NCBI GenBank assembly: GCA_002269645.1
Contig: NIVC01000350.1
Location: 558,001 to 622,000 of the forward strand
Origin: Macrostomum lignano
Taxonomy: Eukaryota
Direction: 5' to 3'
Length of the DNA stretch: 64,000 nucleotides
In this document: positions 1 to 12,694 of the stretch, piece by piece
Position numbering within the stretch: the stretch's first letter is position 1
Layout of the letters: each line of letters starts with the position of its first letter
Program-made: the position numbers and the translations under genes
The notes under the pieces: model-generated
Told to the model about the DNA's origin: nothing
The model's database searches: none
Seen by the model: the letters and a program-made list of their open reading frames with translations, nothing else

Positions 1-36
1 GGTCCCAGGTTCGAGTCCACCTCGCTGCGAACAATT
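1..36 (+). other. tRNA-like 3' half (B-box/T-loop), truncated by the window edge; tRNA gene or tRNA-derived SINE head
   Basis: GGTCCCAGGTTCGAGTCC matches the GGTTCGANTCC B-box. It is followed by GAACAATT, as in the SINE head at ~48420-48480. The 5' half lies outside the window. Confidence 0.3.
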
Positions 37-699
37 AAATTTGAATTAATTTATATTTATTTGTAACTTATGCATCGACTAATTAGAACATCTTTCGATT
101 AATATTGATTAATAGCGATTGAAATTTTTTTATTAAGTAAAGCAATTAATTACGAATTTTTGCTAATCGGCACAAGCCACTAAGCAAATTTGATTTGTAA
201 AACTGCTTCAAGTCTGGCTGATCTCATCAATGGGTGTTGCCTAGCTCCATTTATAGTATGAAATTGCTAAAATGCAGACAATGCTGCTAAACTGCTGAAG
301 GCATAGGCACAGCTATAAATCCTGAGTTGTGCAAAAGTCCGCCGATATGTATCGAACACTGATTAATGAGTCGTACTAAATGCTGAGAAATGTTTTAAAT
401 TGTTGAAAGGATCATTGCAAGTTTGCTGAGACTGAGGAGCCAGCCGAGAGAACTGCAAAATGCTTGGGGATGAATGAGAATTCTTGAGGGAATAGTATAG
501 GCTTCTCTTCGAAAATAGCCGCGTTGTAGATGCAAAGCAGATGGTCGGCAATTGGAGTCTGCATTGAAGCTGAAAAGTATCCCTATAACTTTGAAATTTA
601 GAAATTTTCATTGAATGATATTATTCTGGGACTGCATTAATCTTTTAGATCAGTGCCAATCTATTGTGAGTATGTGCTAATTTGCAGAGAGCATTACTA

Positions 700-1830
700 A
701 TCTGGAAGAGTGGTGCTAATATGGAGGAGTAGTGCTAATCTTGGCAAAGTGTTGCTAATCTGGGCGGGGTGCTAATTATTAGGGGTAGTGGTGCTAATCT
801 GGGGGGGGGGGAAGTCTAGGGGCTCAGTAATGCTAATCCGAGGAGCGGTGCTAATCTGGGGAGCGGTGCTAATTTTGTATAAAACTGTGCTAATTTTTGG
901 CAAGTTCTGCTAATTTTTGGGGAGTTGTGCTAATCTGGGGGTGGTGCTGATTTTGTATAAAACTGTGCTAATTTTTGGGAAGTTCTGCTAATTTTTGGGG
1001 AGTGGTGCGAATCTGGGGGAGTGGTGCTAATCTGGGGGGAGTGATGCTAATCTGGGGGGAGTGGTGCTAATCTTAGGGAGTGGTGCTAATCTGGGGAGAG
1101 TGGTGCTAATCTGGGAGAGTGGTGCTAATCTGGGGGGAGTGGTGCTAATCTGGGGGAGTGGTGCTAATCTGGGGGAGTGGTGCTAATCTGGGGAGTGGTG
1201 CTAATCTGGGGGAAGTAGTGCTAATCTGGAGGAAGTAGTGCTAATCTGGGGGAAGTAGTGCTAATCTAAGGGAGTGGTGCTATTTTTTGGGGAGTGGTGC
1301 TAATCCGGGGGAGTGGTGCTAATCTGGGGGAGTTGTGCTAATCTGGGAGAGTGGTGCTAATCTCGAGAAAATGCAGGCTACTAAGAGATGACTGCAGTTT
1401 GTTTTCCGGGATTAGAAGGGTTAATTTCAGGTTGCTGTGGGGACAACTTCTGAGATGATAATAGTAGCCGCCTAATGGCTGTTTGGGAGTAGTGCTAATC
1501 TGTGGAAGTAGTGCTAATCTGGGCAGAGTGTTAATATCGGCAGAGTGTTTATCTGAGCGGTGCTAATTGGTGGGGGCGTGGGGCTAATATGAGGAGAGTA
1601 GTGCTTATCTGGAGGAGTAGTTTTAATCTGAGAGGAATAGTGCTAATCTCGAGAGGAGAATTGCTAATCTGGAAAGAAGTAGTACTAATTAGGGGGGAGT
1701 AGGGCTAATCTTTTTGGAGTGCTAATCTGGGAGAGTGGTGCTAATCTGAGGGAGTAGGGCTAATCTAGTGAGGATTGGTGCTAATCGGGGGGAGTGATGC
1801 TAAACTGGGGAGAGTAGAGCGAATCTGATG
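700..1830. repeat. Degenerate ~19-20 bp minisatellite (GTGGTGCTAATCTGGGGGA)
   Basis: Directly visible. Most homogeneous at ~1000-1370, with decayed flanks. Confidence 0.9.
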
Positions 1831-2814
1831 GTAGTCATCGTGTCAGGTTTTTCGCTCAAATATTGCACAATTCAATAATATTGCTATATTGCTAAATTCA
1901 ATCAATCAATAATGCTATTAATAACAAGACTAACTCATGAAATAAAATAACGAATAATGCTAAGAGGGCTATAAATGAATTAAAATTGCAAAGTTACAAA
2001 CATTGAGAAATGTAAATTTTTTGAGAGTTTTTTGTCTCTGTAAAATTGGTGTAAAACTACTTAGAGATTTGCTACTGTAGAACTGTTTGGACATTAGTGG
2101 TATTTGCTCAGCAACTGTGCAAACCTGCTTATAGTAAACAAGCGCTAAATTGCCAAGAAGCCACCCGGAGGGGGGCTAAATGGCTAGTCCTATATACTAA
2201 AAATGGTCTGTCTGTGTCTATCTATCTATCTATCTATCTATGTGATCGATTAGAGAAAAAATGGCTGGACCGATTTTGTTCGAACTTGCACTGTTCGATC
2301 AGAAATTTTCCCGTGACTGTACATGCATCGTGGCTAAGAAATTGCTCAATGCTAAAGGCATTAAATATTCGAAAAACATGCTTTTTTGCAAAGGTCAAGC
2401 AAACTTTTTGACTTGAAATGCATTGTAAGAATGCTAGAGAAAAAACTGACTGGTTGAATTCTGATTCTGAAATAGATTGCATCATAACTGAATTGTAACT
2501 CCGACTTGAATTGAAAATGCAGTGTGGAAGCGTAGCACCAGACTTGATTTAAATTGCGTAACCATATTGTTAACTGATACTGACTGACTGAGAAACTGAT
2601 TATGTCATAACTGCTTCGTGTGATTTACTCTATGCTTGGATTTTAAAGTGTTGAATTATATAAGTGCAAAATTTGATGTTATCAAAACGATGAGAGCTAG
2701 CCTAGAGGTGAACAGACTGAACTGCTAAATGCAGCGACGATGGTTCGAATTTTCATAGAGTATATATTTTTTAATTAAAGCTTTTCAACGTCAGGAAAAC
2801 TAAAAGACTTTTTA

Positions 2815-4510
2815 AAAAGAAGCGTCGTGTAAAAATCATAGAAGCGTCATTTAAAAAATCATAGAAGCGTCATATAAAAATCATAGAAGCATCATTTAAA
2901 AAATCATAGAAGCGTCATGTAAAAAATCGTAGAAGCGTCATATAAAAATCATAGAAGCGTCATTTAAAAAATCATAGAAGCGTCATGTAAACAATCATAG
3001 AAGCGTCATTTAAAAGATCATAGAAGCGTCATGTAAACAATCATAGAAGCGTCATTTAAAAAATCATAGAAGCGTCATGTAAACAATCATAGAAGCGTCA
3101 TTTAAAAAATCATAGAAGCGTCATATAAAAATCATAGAAGCGTCATGTAAACAATCATAGAAGCGTCATGTAAAAAATCGTAGAAGCGTCATATAAAAAT
3201 CATAGAAGCGTCATTTAAAAAATCATAGAAGCGTCATTTAAAAAATTATAGAAGCGTCATGTGAACAATCATAAAAGCGTCATGTAAACAATCATAGAAG
3301 CGTCATGTAAACAATCATAGAAGCGTCATGTAAACAATCATAGAAGCGTCATTTAAAAATCATTGAAACGTCATGTAAACAATCATAGAAGCGTCATTTA
3401 AAAATCATAGAAGCGTCATTTAAAAATCATAGAAGCGTAATTTAAAAAATCATAGAAGCGTCATGTAAACAATCATAGAAGCGTCATGTAAACAATCATA
3501 GAAGCGTCATGTAAAAAATCATAGAAGCGTCATGTAAACAATCATAGAAGCGTCATTTAAAAAATCATAGAAGCGTCATGTAAACAATCATAGAAGCGTC
3601 ATTTAAAAATCATAGAAGCGTCATTTAAAAATCATAGAAGCGTAATTTAAAAAATCATAGAAGCGTCATGTAAACAATCATAGAAGCGTCATATAAAAAT
3701 CATAGAAGCGTCATGTAAACAATCATAGAAGCGTCATGTAAAAAATCATAGAAGCGTCATGTAAACAATCATTGAAGCGTCATGTAAAAAATCGTAGAAG
3801 CGTCATATAAAAATCATAGAAGCGTCATGTAAACAATCATAGAAGCGTCATGTAAAAAATTATAGAAGCGTCATGTGAACAATCATAAAAGCGTCATGTA
3901 AACAATCATAGAAGCGTCATGTAAACAATCATAGAAGCGTCATGTAAAAAATCATAGAAGCGTCATTTAAAAAATCATAGAAGCGTCATGTAAACAATCA
4001 TAGAAGCGTCATTTAAAAATCATAGAAGCATCATTTAAAAATCATAGAAGCGTAATTTAAAAAATCATAGAAGCGTCATGTAAACAATCATAGAAGCGTC
4101 ATGTAAACAATCATAGAAGCGTCATGTAAACAATCATAGAAGCGTCATGTAAACAATCATAGAAGCGTCATTTAAAAAATCATAGAAGCGTCATGTAAAC
4201 AATCATAGAAGCGTCATTTAAAAATCATAGAAGCGTCATTTAAAAATCATAGAAGCGTAATTTAAAAAATCATAGAAGCGTCATGTAAACAATCATAGAA
4301 GCGTCATATAAAAATCATAGAAGCGTCATGTAAACAATCATAGAAGCGTCATGTAAAAAATCATAGAAGCATCATGTAAACAATCATAAAAGCGTCATGT
4401 AAAAATCATAGAAGGGTCAAGAAAAAATCATAGAAGCGTCATGTAAACAATCATAGAAGCGTCATGTAAAAATCATAGAAGGGTCAAGAAAAAATCATAG
4501 AAGCGTCATT
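2815..4510. repeat. 22-23 bp minisatellite (AATCATAGAAGCGTCATGTAAAC and variants)
   Basis: Directly visible tandem array with recurring variant blocks. Confidence 0.95.
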
Positions 4511-4689
4511 AAAAACTAATGAAAGTGTCATTTAAAAAATTAAGAAGCATCATGGTAGAATAAAAGAAGCGTCATGTCAGACATGAAGGGTGTCATGTAA
4601 AAGTTAAATGCAGCTATAATGCTGTGCTGGGGAGAAAAACTGAGACGTCAAGGCTCTCAGAGAATAACTGAGATTACGGGGGGGGGGGT

Positions 4690-6115
4690 TTCTGAGATGT
4701 CAAAGCAAAAGTCAGAAGCTACTTCAAAGTTCATGTACTTTACTCAATTTTTTTATTGCATTCTTTGTTGGCTCGCCACGGGGGGGATGCTGATAGAAGA
4801 AGAGTCATGTAAAAAATAAAAGTAGCACTATGTATACATAAAAGAAAAGTCATGTCGAAGTTAAAAGATTCATTTGGGAATTGCTACGATGTCAAAGCTT
4901 GGTGGAAATCGTTATAGTGCTGTGATTCTTAAAGAAAGAATCACTAAAATGTTAAGGCTTGGGGGAGAAGAATTGCTGAGATTTCAAGGCTTTAGGTTGG
5001 GTTAAAGTTAGGTTTAGGTCAGGTTTGGGTTGAGGGTTATATTTTATCGGGTTTCAAGGTTAACAGGGGATTTTTTAGATTTCAAGGTTTATGGGGGCCA
5101 TCGCTGACATGTCAAGGCTTACGGGGGGAATAGCTGAGATGTCAAGGCTCACGGGGGTATAAATGAGATTTCAAGGCTAAAGTCAGAAGCTACATGTAGT
5201 TTATTGAAAACTTATTGTAACTTTTTATTACATTATTTGATGCCTCCTCAGGGGAGGGATCGCTGATAATAAAAAAGCGTAATGTAAAAAATAAAAGAAG
5301 CTTCATGTCGAAGTTAAGAGATTCATTTGGGAATCCCTACGATGTCGAGGCTTGTAGGGAATCGCTATAATCCTGTAGTAGTGCTATTATGACTCTTAGA
5401 GAGAATTACTGAAATTTCAATGCTTTAGGGTTGGGTTAGGGTTAGGGTTAGGGTTAGGGTTAGAAGGTTGACAGATATTTTTATATTTCCAAGGCTTATT
5501 GGGGGCATTGCTGAGATTTCAAGGCTTTATGTTGGGTTAAAGTTAGGTTTAGGTCAGGTGTGGGTTGAGGGTTATATTTTATCGGGTTTCAAGGTTAACA
5601 GGGGATTTTTTAGATTTCAAGGTTTATGGGGGCCATCGCTGACATGTCAAGGCTTACGGGGGGAATAGCTGAGATGTCAAGGCTCACGGGGGTATAAATG
5701 AGATTTCAAGGCTAAAGTCAGAAGCTACATGTAGTTTATTGAAAACTTTTTATTACATTATTTGATGCCTCCTCAGGGGAGGGATCGCTGATAAAAAAAA
5801 GCGTAATGTAAAAAATAAAAGAAGCTTCATGTCGAAGTTAAGAGATTCATTTGGGAATCCCTACGATGTCGAGGCTTGCAGGGAATCGCTATAATGCTGT
5901 AGTAGTGCTATAATGACTCTTAGAGAGAATTACTGAAATTTCAATGCTTTAGGGTTGGGTTAGGGTTAGGGTTAGGGTTAGGGTTAGGGTTGGGTTAGGG
6001 TTAGGGTTAGGGTTAGGGTTAGGGTTAGGGTTAGGGTTAGGCTAGGGTTAGGGTTAGAAGGTTGACAGATATTTTTAGATTTCCAAGGCTTATTGGGGGC
6101 ATTGCTGAGATGTCA
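4690..6115 (+). repeat. ~535 bp tandem duplication (plus an older partial copy); each recent copy carries an interstitial (TTAGGG)n tract
   Basis: 4986-5520 aligns with 5521-6115. TTAGGG tracts at 5425-5463 and 5949-6057 share flanks (TGCT... and ...AAGGTTGACAGATATTTTTA). Confidence 0.9.
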
Positions 6116-6373
6116 AGGGGGGAAGTTGATATGTTAAAGCTTGTGGGGGGGGGGGAATTACTGACATGTCAAGGCTTACAAGGTTTGACAGGAGATTTTT
6201 TAAGATTTCAAGGATACATGTAGCTTATTAAAAAAACGTGTATTGCATTTCTTTGGCTCCCCAACGGGGGGCGTAGATTGCTAGTCATTAATTATTGCCA
6301 GTAATTATATTACTTGAGACAAAAAAAATTGCGTTTAAATAGCTGCATTCGATTCGCTTGATTCGATTTCCAG

Positions 6374-6875
6374 TCCTGCCAGCCGCACTATTTCAATGGC
6401 CATTCCACATGTGGGACAACAGCATGCCTTTGTGAGTAGCCGCTTCCTCTGATGAAACAATTTTAAATTGAGTAATCAACTATTCACACTTGGTTAGTTA
6501 ATTGCAACAGTGTCAGTAGGAAATATCTGCCTCCTGTTCATTATAGTTTGAACAAAAATAACAGAATTCGGCCAGCCAAAAGTCAGAAAAGTATTATAAA
6601 CTCTCAATGCAGTACTCCAATTTGCATACAAAATGGTCTTACATGCGGTGCGACTCTTTGAGAAAATTTCAGTTTTTGAGCTGCATGTCTTTCTGACTCC
6701 GTGTTTCCTGACCGTTGCCTGCCCAACCCCTCCGCCCGCGCCAGCTATCTCAAGTTCGGCATGCTGGGCACCGCCTTGGCAACTCGGATGGCAGCAGCTT
6801 TGGACTCTTTCGGTGAGCGCCGGCTCTGCTCTCCGCATGGCTGGCCGGGCCGGAATTTCTGATGGAGAAATTGAA

Positions 6876-6937
<62 letters not shown>

Positions 6938-9900
6938 GCAGTCAGTGTCCCGAGCTTCACAACTCCCATGAGCTCCGACAGAGTTCGCTGCTCGATCACA
7001 GAGCTTTCTCTAATGTTTCTATTCTCCTAATCGGCCATTTTCTTCTCCTAATCGGCCATTTTCTTCTCCTAATCTGCCATTCTTTTGTCCTAATCTGTCA
7101 TTCTCTTGTCCTAATCTGTCATTCTCTTGTCCTAATCTGTCATTCTTTTGTCCTAATCTGTCATTCTCTTGTCCTAATCTGTCATTCTCTTGTCCTAATC
7201 TGTCATTCTTTTGTCCTAATCTGTCATTCTCTTTTCCTAATCTGTCATTCTCTTTTCCTAATCTGTCATTCTCTTTTCCTAATCTGTCATTCTCTTTTCC
7301 TAATCTGTCATTCTCTTTTCCTAATCTGTCATTCTCTTTTCCTAATCTGTCATTCTCTTTTCCTAATCTGTCATTCTCTTTTCCTAATCTGTCATTCTCT
7401 TTTCCTAATCTGTCATTCTCTTTTCCTAATCTGTCATTCTCTTTTCCTAATCTGTCATTCTCTTTTCCTAATCTGTCATTCTCTTTTCCTAATCTGTCAT
7501 TCTCTTTTCCTAATCTGTCATTCTCTTCTCCTAATCCGCCATTTTTTTCTCCTAATCTGCCATTCTTTACTCCTAAGCTGCTCCTAATCTAACAACACTC
7601 TTGCCTGCTAATGTCTAAAGACCCATCGGAATGTTTCAGGATTCCCATAAAATGCCCCTCAGATACTACTAATAGTAAATGCTTAGGAAACGTCTCATTT
7701 TCAAATTGAAGGATCCGCCGTCTCCAGCCAAGGTCAGATCATTCGCGGTAGTCGCGTATCAGCCGCCACTCAGTCTGCCAGGCAGTGCCTTCGCAACCGG
7801 CTACAGCTGGTGCGCACCTGCTTTTTATGCTTTTCCTGCTTTTCACTGGGACTGTGTCGTTTCTTATCACTAAAATTAGTTGCTTCTTCACCCGCTATAA
7901 TTCCTAATTGCAAATGAAGATAGGTGTCTACAAAGGAATCTCTGCTACAGAGGGTACTCCTAGGAATCTCTGCTATAGAGGGTATTCCTATGAATCTCTA
8001 CTATAGGGGGTATTCCTATGAATCTCTGCTATAGAGGGTATTCCTATGAATCTCTACTATAGGGGGTATTCCTATGAATCTCTGCTATAGAGGTATTCCT
8101 ATGAATCTCTGCTATAGGGTCTATTCCTATGAATCTCTGCTATAGAGGGTATTCCTATGAATCTCTGCTATAGAGGGTATTCCTATGAATCTCTACTATA
8201 GGGGGTATTCTTATGAATCTCTGCTATAGAGGGTATTCCTATGAATCTCTGCTATAGGGGGTATTCCTATGAATCTCTGCTATAGAGGGTATTCCTATGA
8301 ATCTCTGCTATAGAGGGTATCCCTATGAATCTCTGCTACAGGGGGGTATTTCCATGATTTTTAAACTGTCATAAGTGGCTCCTGCGCATGATTCCGAAGT
8401 TGTGCAGAACTTGTTCAAGTAATTAAAACAAAAAAACAATTTCAGTCTGGCCAACAGGACGCCTCACTCGAGCTGGCCAACCAGGCATTCTCTAGCAGCC
8501 TGGGACTGCTGGTCACTGCTCAAGCGCTAAGAACTTACTTGCGCACCGGGCCTGAGCAACTCGCTTTGCCCACTGTCAGCTATGATATCGCACAGCTGTT
8601 GTTCATCTCTTATGCTCAAGTTGGTCACTTGTTCTCTTTCAGTATCGTTCTATATGATTTTTAGGTTTACAGTAGCTAATTGACATTTTTATTCTATTAG
8701 ACCCTGTGTACATTGATTGTGATTGACAGAGAGAGCTGGAGACCCTGTGTACATTGATTGTGATTTGACAGAGAGAGCTGGAGACCCTGTGTACATTGAT
8801 TGTGATTTGACAGAGAGAGCTGGAGACCCTGTGTACATTGATTGTGATTTGACAGAGAGAGCTGGAGACCCTGTGTACATTGATTGTGACTTGACAGAGA
8901 GCGCTGGAGACCCTGTGTACATTGATTGTGATTTGACAGAGAGAGCTGGAGACCCTGTGTACATTGATTGGGATTTGACAGAGAGAGCTGGAGACCCTGT
9001 GTACATTGATTGTGATTTGACAGAGAGAGCTGGAGACCCTGTGTACATTGATTGTGATTTGACAGAGAGAGCTGGAGACCCTGTGTACATTGATTGTGAT
9101 TTGACAGAGAGAGCTGGAGACCCTGTGTACATTGATTGTGATTTGACAGAGAGAGCTGGAGACCCTGTGTACATTGATTGTGATTTGACAGAGAGAGCTG
9201 GAGACCCTGTGTACATTGATTGTGATTTGACAGAGAGAGCTGGAGACCCTGTGTACATTGATTGTGATTTGACAGAGAGAGCTGGAGACCCTGTGTACAT
9301 TGATTGTGATTTGACAGAGAGAGCTGGAGACCCTGTGTACATTGATTGTGATTTGACAGAGAGAGCTGGAGACCCTGTGTACATTGATTGTGATTTGACA
9401 GAGAGAGCTGGAGACCCTGTGTACATTGATTGTGATTTGACAGAGAGAGCTGGAGACCCTGTGTACATTGATTGTGATTTGACAGAGAGAGCTGGAGACC
9501 CTGTGTACATTGATTGTGATTTGACAGAGAGAGCTGGAGACCCTGTGTACATTGATTGTGATTTGACAGAGAGAGCTGGAGACCCTGTGTACATTGATTG
9601 TGATTTGACAGAGAAAGACCTGGAGACCCTGTGTACATTGATTGTGCTTTGACAGAGAGAGCTGGAGACCCTGTGTCGTAAACAGGGAGTTTACAGTTTA
9701 TATTTGTTCAAAATTTGTTTTTGTTTACAGTCGAATTGCGGCTCTGAAGACAAAAAATTTCTCCGGCTCAACAAGCAGACCTACCTGTCCAGGCGAGAGC
9801 GGTGAGCAGCTGAACTTTCTGATAAAGTGCATGCAAAATTACGTGATCAAGTTGGGCTACACCATCAACAATTTGTTTTCTTTTGTAGCGTGAACACGGC

Positions 9901-10030
9901 AGTGCAAAATAACCGCTGGTTTCGAGAGCTCTTCAACTGCAAGGCTGAGTTGAAACAATCTGTTGCTGGGGGCGGCACAGCAGACCCTGGCAGCTGTCTG
10001 CAGCAATTCCATCTGCCTGATTGGCAGTGA
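6374..10030 (+). CDS. M13 (neprilysin/ECE-family) peptidase-like protein, C-terminal domain, probably non-catalytic. Exons 6374-6431, 6745-6812, 7712-7809, 8446-8619, 9731-9801, 9889-10030; 5' exons not resolved
   Basis: GT-AG junctions are phase-compatible and give LPAALFQWPFHMWDNSMPFYLKFGMLGTALATRMAAALDSFGSAVSSQGQ...ARQCLRNRL...DASLELANQAFSSSLGLLVTAQAL...LALPTVSYDIAQLLFISYAQSNC...RRERVNTAVQNNRWFRELFNC...C...W*. This follows the Peptidase_M13 motif order: PAgiLQpPF, yG.iG.vigHExxHgFD..G, C..QY, ENIAD.gG, LPg...QLFF..fAQ.wC, RVN..l.N...F...FnC. Confidence 0.8.
6881..6929. repeat. (GA)n microsatellite in an M13-like gene intron
   Basis: Directly visible. Confidence 0.95.
7025..7560. repeat. 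21 bp minisatellite (CTAATCTGTCATTCTCTTTTC), intronic
   Basis: Directly visible. Explains the LICHSLF-repeat ORF. Confidence 0.95.
7935..8350. repeat. 28 bp minisatellite (GAATCTCTGCTATAGAGGGTATTCCTAT), intronic
   Basis: Directly visible. Confidence 0.95.
8700..9676. repeat. 42 bp highly homogeneous minisatellite (GACCCTGTGTACATTGATTGTGATTTGACAGAGAGAGCTGGA), ~23 copies, intronic
   Basis: Directly visible. Lies between the GT donor at 8620 and the AG acceptor at 9730. Confidence 0.97.
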
Positions 10031-10086
10031 ATGCGTTGGCGATAGGGATACCTGCAAATACGCTATTCACTGCTTCTGTTGGACAC

Positions 10087-10742
10087 AGCTCACCTGTCAC
10101 ACAGCCCACCTGTCACACAGCCTGTCTGTCACACAGCCTGTCTGTCACACAGCCTGTCTGTCACACAGCCTGTCTGTCACACAGCCCACCTGTCACACAG
10201 CCCACCTGTCACACAGCCTGTCTGTCAGACAGCCTGTCTGTCACACAGCCTGTCTGTCACACAGCCTGTCTGTCACACAGCCCACCTGTCACACAGCCCA
10301 CCTGTCACACAGCCTGTCTGTCACACAGCCTGTCTGTCACACAGCCCACCTGTCACACAGCCCACCTGCCACACAGCCCACCTGTCACACAGCCTGTCTG
10401 TCACACAGCCTGTTTGTCACACAGCCTGTCTGTCACACAGCCCACCTGTCACACAGCCCACCTGTCACACAGCCTGTCTGTCACACAGCCTGTCTGTCAC
10501 ACAGCCCACCTGTCACACAGCCCACCTGTCACACAGCCTGTCTGTCAGACAGCCTGTCTGTCACACAGCCTGTCTGTCACACAGCCTGTCTGTCACACAG
10601 CCTGTCTGTCACACAGCCTGTCTGTCACACAGCCTGTCTGTCACACAGCCTGTCTGTCACACAGCCTGTCTGTCACACAGCCCACCTGTCACACAGCCCA
10701 CTTGCCACACAGCCCACCTGTCACACAGCCCACATGTCACAC
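10087..10742. repeat. 16 bp two-variant minisatellite (TGTCACACAGCCTGTC / TGTCACACAGCCCACC)
   Basis: Directly visible, just 3' of the M13-like stop codon. Confidence 0.95.
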
Positions 10743-11113
10743 GTAGCTTTTATTTTCTGTATCTTGCTGAATATTCAAACATGAAATCATGCTCATTAAG
10801 TTCCAGTGTGTTTGCTATCCTCATCAAAATTAGAATACCTTACTTAGTATTTTCCAGTTTTGCTTTTTGTTCGTTACGTCGTACATAACTTTTAGGAAAT
10901 AAGGTTGTAGTTTTGTAACTTTATCTTCAAATCTGCAGAAAATGTCGTGAAGTTGACTGCAGTCACAATTTTGTAAATAAGCATTAGAAATTTTTTATTG
11001 TCTCTTTTAAATTGACCGCTAATTCCTGGAAAATATATTATAAACTTTAGGTCCGTGTTATTGCAGCTCACCTAATGGTCTGTTGGTTTTTTATTGTTCA
11101 AGCATTCATTTAC

Positions 11114-12593
<1,480 letters not shown>

Positions 12594-12694
12594 TGGCTTT
12601 AACCCATCAATAGTCTATGGCAGCAGCTGCCTGAGCTCTATCTCAGAGGCACAACCCAGCGCTCACATTTAGCAAATTGAGTTTTGCTCAGAAT

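Noticed and set aside
230-2760. Candidate 5' exons of the M13-like gene (e.g. YRLLFENSRVVDAKQM near 495-545)
   Set aside because: I could not link them with consistent splice phases, and motif similarity is too weak to call.
6862-7587. 241 aa hydrophobic LICHSLF ORF resembling a membrane or repeat protein
   Set aside because: Product of (GA)n plus a 21 bp intronic array.
8689-9652. Three ~300 aa ORFs with perfect 14-aa repeats
   Set aside because: They are translations of a 42 bp array (multiple of 3, stop-free in several frames) lying inside a GT-AG intron of the M13-like gene.
9963-10888. Cys/His-rich ORFs in three frames
   Set aside because: Product of the 16 bp array.
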